A DNA stretch of 64,000 nucleotides from Squalus acanthias (lineage: Eukaryota): assembly GCA_030390025.1 (NCBI GenBank), contig JASTWF010000036.1:186001-250000 (forward strand), in the 5' to 3' direction. The number at the start of each line of letters is the position of its first letter. Positions within the stretch are counted from its first letter, which is position 1. The position numbers were made by a program, and so were the translations under genes. The notes under the pieces are model-generated. The model saw nothing but the letters and a program-made list of their open reading frames with translations. It searched no databases and was not told the DNA's origin. This document shows positions 37,405 to 49,559 of the stretch, piece after piece.

Positions 37405-39360
37405 TTAGAATCATAGAAATTTACAACACAGAAGGAGGCCATTCGGCCCATTGTGTCCGTGCCGGCCGACAAAGAGCTATCCCAGCCTAGTCCCACTCTC
37501 CAGCTCTCGGTCCGTAGCCCTGTAGGTTACAACACTTCAAGTGCATATCCAAGTACTTTTTAAATGTGATGAGGGTCTCTGCCTCTACCACCCCTTCAGG
37601 CAGTGAGTTCCAGACCCCCACCACCCTCTGGGTGAAATAAATTCTCCTCAACTCCCCTCTAAACCCCCTACCAATTACTTTAAATCTATGCCCCCCATCG
37701 GGCAGCGAAAGGCACACATCGACTCCAGCTCATCTGTCAGATGAAGGCAGGAATCAATGATATTGTTGTACAGGGCCTTGGTGAGACCACACCTTGAGTA
37801 TTGTGTGCAGTTTTGGTCGCCTTATCTGAGGAAGGATGTTCTTGCCATGGAAGGAGTTCAGCGAAGATTCACAAGGCTGATACCTGGGATGGCAGGAATG
37901 ACATACGAGGAGAGATTGGGTCGATTGGGCTTATACTCGCTGGAGTATAGAAGAATGAGAGGGGATCTCATCGAAACATGTAAAATTCTGACAGGTCTGG
38001 ACAAACTAGATGCAGGAAGAATGTTCCCGATGGTCGGAGAGTCCAGAACCAGGGGTCACAGTCTAAGGATAAGGGGTAAGCCATTTAGGACAGAAATGAG
38101 GAGAGAACTTCTTCACCCAGAGAGTGGTGAACCTGTGGAATTCTCTACCACAGAAGGTAGTTGAGGCCAAGTCATTAAATATATTCAAGAATGAGTTACA
38201 TATATTTCTTAAGGCTAAAGGGATCAAGGGATATGGAGAGAAGGCAGGGACAGGGTACTGAGTTTGGATGATCAGCCATGATCTCATTAAATGGCGGAGC
38301 AGGCTCGAGGGGCCGAATGGCCTACTCCTGCTCCTATCTTCTATGTTTCTATGTATCTATGAAGAGTATTTTTTTTTTTATATATATAAAAAATTGTCAA
38401 TAGTGAGAATGTTCGTGCTGGGGAATGGGAACACGCTCCCAACTCACCGAGTCGGAAGAACACAAGGAATAGGAGCAAGGACAGGCCACTAGGCCCCTCG
38501 AGCCTGCTCCGCCATTCAATGAGATCGTGGCTAATCTTCGACCTCAGCTCCACTTTCCTGCCTGATCCCTTGATTCCCCGAGAGTCCAAAAATCTACCGA
38601 TCTCGGCCTTGAATATACTCAACGACTGTGAGCACCCACAGCCCTCTGGGGTAGAGAATTCCAAAGATTCACCACCCTCTGAGTGAAGAAATTCCTCCTC
38701 ATCTCGGTCCTAAATGGCCGACCCCTTATCCCGAGACTGTGACCCCCTGGTTCTAGCCAGGGGGAAAACAGCCTCTCAGCATCTAACTCTGTCAATCCCC
38801 TCTCAGAATCTTATACGTTTCAATGAGATCACCTCCCATTCTTCTAAACTCCAGAGAGTATAGAAACATAGAAGATAGGAGCAGGAGTAGGCCATTCGGC
38901 CCCTCGAGCCTGCTCCGCCATTTAATGCGATCATGGCTGACCATCCAAATTCAGTACCCTGTCCCTGCTTTCTCCCCATATCCCTTTAGCCTTAAGAAAT
39001 ATATCTAACTCCTTCTTGAATATATTTAATGAATTGGCCTCAACTGCCTTCTGTGGTAGAGATTTCCACAGGTTCACCACTCTCTGGGTGAAGAAATTCC
39101 TCCTCATCTCAGTCCTAAATGGCTTACCCCTTATCCTTAGACTGTGACCCCTGGTTCTGGACTCCCCTGCCATCGGGAACATCCTTCCTGCATCTAGTCT
39201 GTCTAGTCCTGTTAGAATTTTATAAGTTTCAATGAGATCCCCTCTCATTCTTCTAAACTCTAGCGAATACAAGCCCAATCGACCCAATCTCTCTTCATAC
39301 GTCATTCCTGCCATCCCAGGTATCAGCCCATTCTACTCCATCTCTCCTCATAGGACAATC
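37405..39360. mobile_element. Cluster of CR1 3' fragments, both orientations
   Basis: ORF fragments 37757-38164 (+) and 38931-39314 (-), plus tails. Confidence 0.85.
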
Positions 39361-39633
39361 CCATTGGGGGAAGTTTAAAATCATGAAGGGTTTTGATAAG
39401 AGTAAACATGCGCTGTTTGATTCCACGAGCCAGTCACGAGGCGAGGGGGAAGCCAGGGGCAACAGGTACTAAGTAGAGTTGTACCGCACAGGAACAGGCC
39501 ATTCGGCCCAACTGGTCCGTGCCGGTGTTTATGCTCCACACGAGCCTCCTCCCACCCCTACTTCATCTCACCCCATCAGCATATCCCCCGCCCCCGCCAA
39601 GCCCAGCCTACAAAGGCGAAGGGGCCAACGTAC

Positions 39634-39774
39634 TGTCTGGTGAGGTGGTTGGTGAAGTGGTCTCGATGCAGGTCCCGTTAACCATCGTCCTGCCGTTTGG
39701 ACAGGTACAGGTGGCGCCGTTGGGATTCAGAAGGCAAAGCCATTCGCACTTCTTCCTGTCGCACGGGTTGGTCA
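39634..39774 (-). CDS. LRP1: LRP1 EGF exon ([27 protein letters not shown]...SPD)
   Basis: gcag|...|gtacgt; near-identical to LRP1 [16 protein letters not shown]. Confidence 0.96.
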
Positions 39775-39814
39775 CTGCAACAAAACACCAAAAAATATTC
39801 AGTCGTGTGAACCC

Positions 39815-42800
39815 CCCCACCTTCTCCCCCACATCCCTCAATCCTCACCGTCTCCCCCACATCCCTCAATCCACACCTGCTCCCCATCCCTCAATCCTCA
39901 CCTTCTCCCCCATCCCTCAATCCTCACCTTCTCCCCATCCCTCAATCCTCACCTTCTCCCCACATCCCTCAATCCTCACCTTCTCCCCCACATCCCTCAA
40001 TCCTCACCTTCTCCCCCATCCCTCAATCCTCACCTTCTCCCCCATCCCTCAATCCTCACCTTCTCCCCATCCCTCAATTCTCACCTTCACCCCACATCCC
40101 TCAATCCTCACCTTCACCCCACAATCCTCACCTTCTCCCCACATCCCTCAATCCTCACCTTCTCCCCCACATCCCTCAATCCTCACCTTCTCCCCACATC
40201 CCTCAATCCTCACCTTCTCCCCATCCCTCAATCCTCACCTTCTCCCGACATCCCTCAATCCTCACCTTCTCCCCACATCCCTCAATCCTCACCATCTCCC
40301 CCACATTTCTCAACCCCACCATCTCCCCACCTCCCTCAACCCCACCTTCTCCCCACCTCCCTCAACCCCACCTTATCCCCACAATCCCTCAACCCCCACC
40401 TTCTCCCCACATCCCTCAACCCCCACATCCCTCAACTCCACCTTCTCCCCACATCCCTCACCTTCTCCCCACATCCCTCAATCCTCACCGTCTCCCCCAC
40501 ATCCCTCAATCCTCACCTTCTCCCCCACATCCCTCAATCCACACCCTCTCCCCATCCCTCAATCCTCACCTTCGCCCCACATCCCTCAATCCTCACCTTC
40601 TCCCCACATCCCTCAATCCTCACCTTCTCCCCCACATCCCTCAATCCCCCACCTTCTCCCCCACATCCCTCAATCCACACCCTCTCCCCATCCCTCAATC
40701 CACACCCTCTCCCCATCCCTCAATCCTCACCTTCTCCCCATCCCTCAATCCTCACCTTCTCCCCTCATTCCTCACCTTCGCCCCACATCCCTCAATCCAC
40801 ACCTTCTCCCCATCCCTCAATCCTCACCTTCGCCCCACATCCCTCAATCCTCACCTTCTCCCCCACATCCCTCAATCCTCACCTTCTCCCCCACATCCCT
40901 CAATCCTCACCTTCTCCCCCACATCCCTCAATCCTCACCTTCTCCCCCACATCCCTCAATCCACACCTTCTCCCCATCCCTCAATCCTCACCTTCTCCCC
41001 ATCCCTCAATCCTCACCTTCTCCCCATCCCTCAATCCTCACCTTCTCCCCACATCCCTCAATCCTCATCTTCTCCCCACATCCCTCAATCCTCACCTTCA
41101 CCCCACATCCCTCAATCCTCACCTTCTCCCCACATCCCTCAATCCTCACCTTCTCCCACATCCCTCAATCCTCACCTTCTCCCCATCCCTCAATCCTCAC
41201 CTTCTCCCCATCCCTCAATCCTCACCTTCTCCCCACATCCCTCAATCCTCACCTTCTCCTCACATCCCTCAATCCTCACCTTCTCCCGACATCCCTCAAC
41301 CCCACCTTCTCCTCACATCCCTCAATCCTCACCTTCTCCCCACATCCCTCAATCCTCACCTTCTCCTCACATCCCTCAATCCACACCTTCTCCCCATCCC
41401 TCAATCCTCACCTTCTCCCCCATCCCTCAATCCTCACCTTCTCCCCATCCCTCAATCCTCACCTTCTCCCCACATCCCTCAATCCTCATCTTCTCCCCAC
41501 ATCCCTCAATCCTCACCTTCACCCCACATCCCTCAATCCTCACCTTCTCCCCACATCCCTCAATCCTCACCTTCTCCCACATCCCTCAATCCTCACCTTC
41601 TCCCCATCCCTCAATCCTCACCTTCTCCCCATCCCTCAATCCTCACCTTCTCCCCACATCCCTCAATCCTCACCTTCTCCTCACATCCCTCAATCCTCAC
41701 CTTCTCCCGACATCCCTCAACCCCACCTTCTCCTCACATCCCTCAATCCTCACCTTCTCCCCACATCCCTCAATCCTCACCTTCTCCCCCACATCCCTCA
41801 ATCCTCACCTTCTCCCCATCCCTCAATCCTCACCTTCTCCCCATCCCTCAATCCTCACCTTCTCCCCATCCCTCAATCCTCACCTTCTCCCCACATCCCT
41901 CAATCCTCACCTTCTCCCCCACATCCCTCAATCCTCACCTTCTCCCCATCCCTCAATCCTCACCTTCTCCCCACATCCCTCAATCCTCACCTTCTCCCCA
42001 CATCCCTCAATCCTCACCTTCTCCCCCACATCCCTCAATCCTCACCTTCTCCCCCACATCCCTCAATCCTCACCTTCTCCCCCACATCCCTCAATCCTCA
42101 CCTTCTCCCCCACATCCCTCAATCCCCACCTTCTCCCCCACATCCCTCAATCCTCACCTTCTCCCCCACCTCCCTCAATCCTCACCTTCTCCCCCACATC
42201 CCTCAACCCCCACCTTCTCCCCCACATCCCTCAACCCCCACCTTTTCCCCACATCCCTCAATCCTCACCTTCACCCCACATCCCTCAATCCTCACCTTCA
42301 CCCCACATCCTCAATCCTCACCTTCACCCCTCAATCCTCACCTTCACCCCACATCCCTCAATCCTCACCTTCACCCCACATCCCTCAATCCACACCTTCT
42401 CCCCACATCCCTCAATCCTCACCTTCTCCCCACATCCCTCAATCCTCACCTTCTCCCCACATCCCTCAATCCTCTCCTTCTCCCCACATCCCTCAATCCT
42501 CACCTTCTCCCCACATCCCTCAATCCTCACCTTCACCCCTCAATCCTCACCTTCTCCCCACATCCCTCAATCCTCACCTTCACCCCACATCCCTCAATCC
42601 TCACCTTCACCCCACATCCCTCAATCCTCACCTTCTCCCCACATCCCTCAATCCTCATCTTCACCCCACATCCCTCAATCCTCACCTTCACCCCACATCC
42701 CTCAATCCTCACCTTCACCCCACAATCCTCACCTTCTCCCCACATCCCTCAATCCTCACCTTCTCCCCACATCCCTCAATCCTCACCTTCTCCCCACATC

Positions 42801-43677
42801 CCTCAATCCTCACCTTCTCCCCACATCCCTCAATCCCCACCTTCACCTCACCTACTCCCCACATCCCTCAACCCCCACCTTCTCCCCATCTCCCTCAATC
42901 CTCACCTTCTCCCCACATCCCTCAACCCCACCTTCTCCCCCACATCCCTCAACCCCCACCTTCTCCCCACATCCCTCAACCCCACCTTCTCCCCACATCC
43001 CTCAACCCCACCTTCTCACCACATCCCTCAACCCCACCTTCTCCCCACATCCCTCAATCCTCACCTTCTCCCCGCATCCCTCAATCCTCACCTTCTCCCC
43101 GCATCCCTCAACCCCACCTTCTCCCCCACATCCCTTAACCCCCACCTTCTCCCCACATCCCTCAACACCACCTTCTCCCCACATCCCTCAACCCCACCTT
43201 CTCCCCACATCCCTCAACCCCACCTTCTCCCCACATCCCTCAACCCCACCTTCTCCCCACATCCCTCAACCCCACCTTCTCCCCACATCCCTCAACCCCC
43301 ACCTTCTCCCCACATCCCTCAATCCTCACCTTCTCCCCCACATCCCTCAATCCTCACCTTCACCCCACATCCCTCAATCCTCACCTTCGCCCCACATCCC
43401 TCAATCCTCACCTTCTCCCCACATCCCTCAATCCTCACCTTCACCCCACATCCCTCAATCCTCACCTTCACCCCACAATCCTCACCTTCTCCCCACATCC
43501 CTCAATCCTCACCTTCTCCCCACATCCCTCAATCCTCACCTTCTCCCCACATCCCTCAATCCTCACCTTCTCCCCACATCCCTCAATCCTCACCTTCTCC
43601 CCACATCCCTCAATCCTCACCTTCTCCCCACATCCCTCAATCCTCACCTTCTCCCCAAATCCCTCAATCCTCACCTT
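39815..43677. repeat. 25-28-bp C-rich minisatellite, left arm
   Basis: Unit ccttctccccacatccctcaatcctca. Confidence 0.96.
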
Positions 43678-46600
43678 GAATGCGGGAGTTGAATGCGTGG
43701 CTCAAAGACTGGTGTGGGAAAAATGGGTTTTGCTTCTTGGGACACTGGCACCAGTACTGGGGCAGGAGAGAGCTGTTCCGTTGGGACGGACTTCACTTGG
43801 CCAGTGCTGGGACTAGTGTCCTGGCGAATCGAATAACTAGGGCTGTGGAGAGGGCTTTAAACTAATTAGTGGGGGGGAGGTTTCAAGAGAGCAAAAAATA
43901 AAAATGACAACAGAGAGGGTCATAGACATAGGTAGCAGTAGGGGAATCACAAATCAGAGCGTGGCAGGAAGGGACAGAGTGTGTGGAGTAAAAGGTAAAG
44001 TGGTAAAAAGTGAAAAAGCAGGAACTAAGTGCCACAAAGCATATTTGAAAGTTCTCTATCTGAATGCACGTAGCATTCGTAACAAAATAGACGAGTTAAT
44101 GGCACAAATAACTACATATGGTTATGATATTGTGGCCATTACAGAAACATGGCTGCAGGGTGACAATGCCTGGGAATTAAACATACCAGGTTATTTAACG
44201 ATCAGGAAGGACAGGCAGGAAGGAAGGGGAGGTGGGGTGGCTATGTTAATAAAGGAAGGAATCACTGTAATACAGAGTAATGATATTGGGTCAAAAAATC
44301 ATGATAATGAAACAGTTTGGGTGGAGATAAGGAATAATAAGGGGAAAAAAACACTAGTGGGCGTAGTCTATAGGCCTCCGAACAGTTGCAACTCTGTTGG
44401 ACGGAGTATCAATCAGGAAATAGTTGAGGCATGTAATAAGGGAACATCTATAATTATGGGGGATTTTAACTATCATATTAATTGGACAAATCAAATGGGG
44501 CAGGGCTGCCTTGAGGATGAGTTCATTGAGTGTATTAGGGATGGGTTTCTTGAGCAGTATGTAACTGAACCGACCAGGGGGCAAGCAACCTTAGATCTGG
44601 TCCTGTGTAACGAGACAGGATTAATTAAAAATGTCCTAGTAAAGGATCCCCTTGGAATGAGTGACCATAACATGGTTGAATTCCATATTCAATTAGAGGG
44701 TGAGAAGGTTGGATCTCAAACAAGCGTGCTAAGCTTGAATAAAGGAGACTATGAAGGTATGCGAGCGGAATTGAGTAGAGTGGATTGGGAAAATAGATTA
44801 AAGGGTAAGACGACACATGATCAGTGGTGTACATTCAAGGAGTTATTTTACAACTTCCAAAAAAAATATATTCCACTGAAAAGAAAAGGGTGTAAAAGAA
44901 AGGACAGTCATCCGTGGCTAAGTAAAGAAATTAAGGATAGTATTCGACTAAAAACAAGGGCATATAAGGTAGCGAAATCTAGTGGGAGGACGGAGGATTG
45001 GGAAAACTTTAAAAGGCAGCAAAAAATAACAAAAAGATTGATTAAGAAAGGGAAGATAGATTATGAAAGTAAATTAGCAAAAAATATAAAAACAGATAGT
45101 AAGAGTTTTTATAGTTATATAAAAAGAAAAAGGGTGGCTAAAGTAAATGTTGGTCCCTTAGAGGATGAGACCGGGAAATTAATGGTGGGAAATATGGAGA
45201 TGGCAAAAACACTGAATGAATATTTTGTATCAGTCTTTACAGTAGAAGACACTAAGAATATCCCAACACTGGACAAACAGGGGGCTATAGGGGGAGAGGA
45301 GCTAAACACGATCAAAATCACTAAGGAAGTGGTACTCGGTAAAATAATGGGACTCAAGGCGGATAAATCACCTGGACCTGATGGCTTACATCCTAGAGTC
45401 TTGAAGGAAGTGGCGGTAGGGATTGTAGATGCATTGGTAATAATTTTTCAAAACTCCCTGGATTCCGCTAAGGTCCCGGCAGACTGGAAAACTGCTAATG
45501 TAACACCCTTATTTAAAAAGGGCAGTAGACAGAAGGCTGGAAACTATAGACCGGTTAGCCTAACATCTGTGGTAGGTAAAATTTTGGAGTCCATTATTAA
45601 GGAAACAGTAACAGGACATTTGGATAATCATAATTTAATAGGACAAAGTCAGCATGGTTTTACGAAGGGGAAGTCATGTTTGACAAATTTGCTGGAGTTC
45701 TTTGAGGAAGTAACATATAGAGTGGATAAAGGGGAACCAGTGGACGTAGTGTATTTAGACTTCCAAAAGGCATTTGACAAGGTGCCACACAAAAGATTAT
45801 TGCTTAAGGTAAAAAATCACGGGATTGGGGGTAATATTCTGGCATGGATAGAGGATTGGCTATCTAACAGAAAGCAAAGAGTTGGGATAAATGGTTCATT
45901 CTCAGACTGGCAATCAGTAACTAGTGGTGTTCCACAGGGGTCAGTGCTGGGTCCCCAACTCTTTACAATCTATATTAACGATTTGGAGGAAGGGACCAAG
46001 TGTAACATATCAAAATTTGCAGATGATACAAAGATGGGAGGGAAAGTAGTGAGTGAGGAGGACATAAAAAACCTGCAAGGGGACATAGACAGGCTAAGTA
46101 AGTGGGCAGAGATTTGGCAGATGGAATACAACACTGGAAAGTGTGAGGTGATGCACTTTGGCAGGAAAAATCCTAGAGCAATTTATTATCTTAATGGCAA
46201 GAAACTGGAGAGTACTGAAGTGCAAAGGGATCTGGGGGTCCTGGTGCACGAAACTCAAAAGGTTAGTATGCAGGTGCAGCAAGTGATTAAGAAGGCAAAT
46301 GGAATGTTGGCTTTCATTGCTAGGGGGATAGAATATAAAAATAGGGAGGTATTGCTTCAGTTGTACAAGGTATTGGTGAGACCGCACCTGGAATACTGCA
46401 TACAGTTTTGGTGTCCTTACTTAAGGAAAGACATCCTTGCTCTCGAGGCAGTGCAAAAAAGGTTCACTCGGTTAATCCCGGGGATGAGGGGGTGGTCATA
46501 TGAGGAGAGGTTGGGTAGATTGGGACTCTACTCATTGGAGTTCAGAAGAATGAGAGGCGATCTTATTGAAACATATAAGATTGTGAAGGGGTTGGATCGG

Positions 46601-47097
46601 GTGGATGCGGGGAGGATGTTCCCGATGACGGGTGAGACGAGAACTAGGGGACATAGTCTTAGAATAAGGGGCTGCTCTTTCAAAACTGAGATGAGGAGGA
46701 ACTACTTCACTCAGAGGGTGGTAGGTCCATGGAATATGCTGCCACAAAAAGCTGTAGAAGCTACAACATTAATTAAATTTAAAACAGAAATAGACAGTTT
46801 CCTAGAAGTAAAGGGCATTAAGGGTTACGGGGAGCGGGCAGGAATTTGGACATGAGTCTAGGTTCGGATCGGTCATGGCCCTGTGGGTAGTGGAGCGGGC
46901 CCAGGGACTGTGTAGCCTGATTCTGCTCCTATTTCGTGTGTGCAATTCTGTTAGATGCAGGAGATGGTTCTGTGATAGATAGTAGATTGGCGGTTAGGAT
47001 CAGATCAGCCATGATCTTATTGAATGGCGGAGCAGGCTCGAGGGGCCGATTGGCCTACTCCTGCTCCTATTTCTTATGTTCTTATGTTCTTATGTTC
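43678..47097 (+). mobile_element. Young CR1 LINE: ORF1 3' end, intact ORF2, 3'UTR, (ttcttatg)n tail
   Basis: ORF1 end with DGLH (43680-43865); tail ttcttatgttcttatgttcttatgttct. Confidence 0.95.
43904..46855 (+). CDS. CR1 ORF2 (APE endonuclease + reverse transcriptase), 983 aa uninterrupted
   Basis: LNARS, ITETW, GDFN, SDH, GPDG, YRPVSL, QHGF, DFQKAFD, GVPQGS, FADD. Confidence 0.96.
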   Translation: MTTERVIDIGSSRGITNQSVAGRDRVCGVKGKVVKSEKAGTKCHKAYLKVLYLNARSIRNKIDELMAQITTYGYDIVAITETWLQGDNAWELNIPGYLTIRKDRQEGRGGGVAMLIKEGITVIQSNDIGSKNHDNETVWVEIRNNKGKKTLVGVVYRPPNSCNSVGRSINQEIVEACNKGTSIIMGDFNYHINWTNQMGQGCLEDEFIECIRDGFLEQYVTEPTRGQATLDLVLCNETGLIKNVLVKDPLGMSDHNMVEFHIQLEGEKVGSQTSVLSLNKGDYEGMRAELSRVDWENRLKGKTTHDQWCTFKELFYNFQKKYIPLKRKGCKRKDSHPWLSKEIKDSIRLKTRAYKVAKSSGRTEDWENFKRQQKITKRLIKKGKIDYESKLAKNIKTDSKSFYSYIKRKRVAKVNVGPLEDETGKLMVGNMEMAKTLNEYFVSVFTVEDTKNIPTLDKQGAIGGEELNTIKITKEVVLGKIMGLKADKSPGPDGLHPRVLKEVAVGIVDALVIIFQNSLDSAKVPADWKTANVTPLFKKGSRQKAGNYRPVSLTSVVGKILESIIKETVTGHLDNHNLIGQSQHGFTKGKSCLTNLLEFFEEVTYRVDKGEPVDVVYLDFQKAFDKVPHKRLLLKVKNHGIGGNILAWIEDWLSNRKQRVGINGSFSDWQSVTSGVPQGSVLGPQLFTIYINDLEEGTKCNISKFADDTKMGGKVVSEEDIKNLQGDIDRLSKWAEIWQMEYNTGKCEVMHFGRKNPRAIYYLNGKKLESTEVQRDLGVLVHETQKVSMQVQQVIKKANGMLAFIARGIEYKNREVLLQLYKVLVRPHLEYCIQFWCPYLRKDILALEAVQKRFTRLIPGMRGWSYEERLGRLGLYSLEFRRMRGDLIETYKIVKGLDRVDAGRMFPMTGETRTRGHSLRIRGCSFKTEMRRNYFTQRVVGPWNMLPQKAVEATTLIKFKTEIDSFLEVKGIKGYGERAGIWT

Positions 47098-48752
47098 TCC
47101 CCACATCCCTCAACCCCCACCTTCTCCCCACATCCCTCAATCCTCACCTTCTCCCCAAATCCCTCAATCCTCACCTTCTCCCCACATCCCTCAACCCCCA
47201 CCTTCTCCCCACATCCCTCAACCCCACCTTCTCCCCACATCCCTCAACCCCACCTTCTCCCCACATCCCTCAACCCCCACCTTCTCCCCGCATCCCTCAA
47301 CCCCCACCTTCTCCCCGCATCCCTCAATCCTCACCTTCTCCCCGCATCCCTCAACCCCTCCTTCTCCCCGCATCCCTCAACCCCTCCTTCTCCCCGCATC
47401 CCTCAACCCCCACCTTCTCCCCGCATCCCTCAACCCCCACCTTCTCCCCGCATCCCTCAACCCCGCCTTCTCCCCGCATCCCTCAACCCCCACCTTCTCC
47501 CCACATCCCTCAATCCTCACCTTCTCCCCACATCCCTCAACCCCCACCTTCTCCCCACATCCCTCAACCCCCACCTTCTCCCCACATCCCTCAACCCCCA
47601 CCTTCTCCCCACATCCCTCAACCCCCACCTTCTCCCCACATCCCTCAACCCCCACCTTCTCCCCACATCCCTCAACTCCACCTTATCCCCACAATCCCTC
47701 AACCCCACCTTCTCCCCACATCCCTCAACCCCACCTTCTCCCCACATCCCTCAACCCCCGCCTTCTCCCCACATCCCTCAATCCTCACCTTCTCCCCACA
47801 TCCCTCAACCCCCACCTTCTCCCCACATCCCTCAACCCCCACCTTCTCCCCACATCCCTCAACCCCCACCTTCTCCCCACATCCCTCAATCCTCACCTTC
47901 TCCCCCACATCCCTCAACCTCACCTTCTCCCCCACATCCCTCAACCTCACCTTCTCCCCCACATCCCTCAACCCCCGCCTTCTCCCCACATCCCTCAATC
48001 CTCGCCTTCTCCCCACATCCCTCAACCCCGCCTTCTCCCCACATCCCTCAATCCTCACCTTCTCCCCACATCCCTCAACCCCGCCTTCTCCCCACATCCC
48101 TCAAACCCACCTTCTCCCCACATCCCTCAAACCCACCTTCTCCCCACATCCCTCAAACCCACCTTCTCCCCACATCCCTCAACCCCACCTTCTCACCACA
48201 TCCCTCAACCCCACCTTCTCCCCACATCCCTCAACCCCACCTTCTCACCACATCCCTCAACCCCACCTTCTCCCCACATCCCTCAACCCCACCTTCTCAC
48301 CACATCCCTCAACCCCACCTTCTCCCCACATCCCTCAACCCCACCTTCTCCCCACATCCCTCAACCCCCACCTTCTCCCCACATCCCTCAACCCCCACCT
48401 TCTCCCCACATCCCTCAACCCCCACCTTCTCCCCACATCCCTCAACCCCACCTTCTCCCCACATCACTCAACCCCACCTTCTCCCCACATCCCTCAACCC
48501 CACCTTCTCCCCACATCCCTCAACCCCACCTTCTCCCCACATCCCTCAACCCCCACCTTCTCCCCACATCCCTCAACCCCCACCTTCTCCTCCACCTCCC
48601 TCAATCCTCACCTCCCCACATCCCTCAACCCCCACCTTCTCCCCACATCCCTCAACCCCCACCTTCTCCCCACATCCCTCAACCCCCACCTTCTCCCCAC
48701 ATCCCTCAACCCCCACCTTCTCCCCACATCCCTCAACCCCCACCTTCTCCCC
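47098..48752. repeat. 25-28-bp C-rich minisatellite, right arm
   Basis: Dominant unit ccttctccccacatccctcaaccccca. Confidence 0.96.
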
Positions 48753-48954
48753 CTTATCTCACAACCGATGGGGTTGTCTGCTGTATGGGAGACGAGGTTG
48801 GGCCAGTCTCGAGCCAGTCCCCAGTGATCCTGAACCCAGTTTATTCCGCACTGGGTGGGGGGGGGCGGGGAAACGGAACTGCGCGCGGCACTGAAGCAGG
48901 CAAGGGGGCAGCAGCTCTCCCGAGGCACTTCCATTACCAGGTAAAGGCACTCAC

Positions 48955-49130
48955 CATCCTGTTGCTTGAACTGGTGGAACAGCACGACGTCTGTGGCATG
49001 GTTGAGCCCAGATGTCAGGGTCTGAACTTGGTCGTGCCCGAACTTGTGCACTTTGAATATATGATTGTTAATGTAGGTCACCCCGTAGATATAATCCTCA
49101 AAGATATCGATGCTGAACGGGTGACTGAGT
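48955..49130 (-). CDS. LRP1: LRP1 exon, end of last YWTD propeller ([22 protein letters not shown]...HQFKQQD); 5' edge lost in gap
   Basis: Donor gtgagt; phase 1 joins the 39774 exon to give QDVTNPC. Confidence 0.95.
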
Positions 49131-49330
49131 NNNNNNNNNNNNNNNNNNNNNNNNNNNNNNNNNNNNNNNNNNNNNNNNNNNNNNNNNNNNNNNNNNNNNN
49201 NNNNNNNNNNNNNNNNNNNNNNNNNNNNNNNNNNNNNNNNNNNNNNNNNNNNNNNNNNNNNNNNNNNNNNNNNNNNNNNNNNNNNNNNNNNNNNNNNNNN
49301 NNNNNNNNNNNNNNNNNNNNNNNNNNNNNN
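49131..49330. other. Assembly gap (200 N)
   Basis: Exactly 200 N. Confidence 0.99.
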
Positions 49331-49559
49331 CTCTTAATAGGTGTCTTCCTCTGAAGTACCTGGGCCCATGAGGAGATCGCCTGTGACACTCTCGGTTTCC
49401 TATTCCCTTGATTGCACACAGGTTTTTGTTATAGTAGGTTTGGGATCGGACGCTAGGTGGTGCCCCCCCCCCGCGCGGTTGAATAAATGGGGCACCCGTC
49501 ATCCGCCTCTGTTTCGTCATCACCTTTTGGCTTCCTTGGCTCTAGCTGTCGGAGGGGCA

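Noticed and set aside
39519..43679. 1386-aa Pro/Ser/His ORF and similar ORFs at 46936-49354
   Set aside because: Stop-free translation of a C-rich minisatellite, antisense to LRP1.
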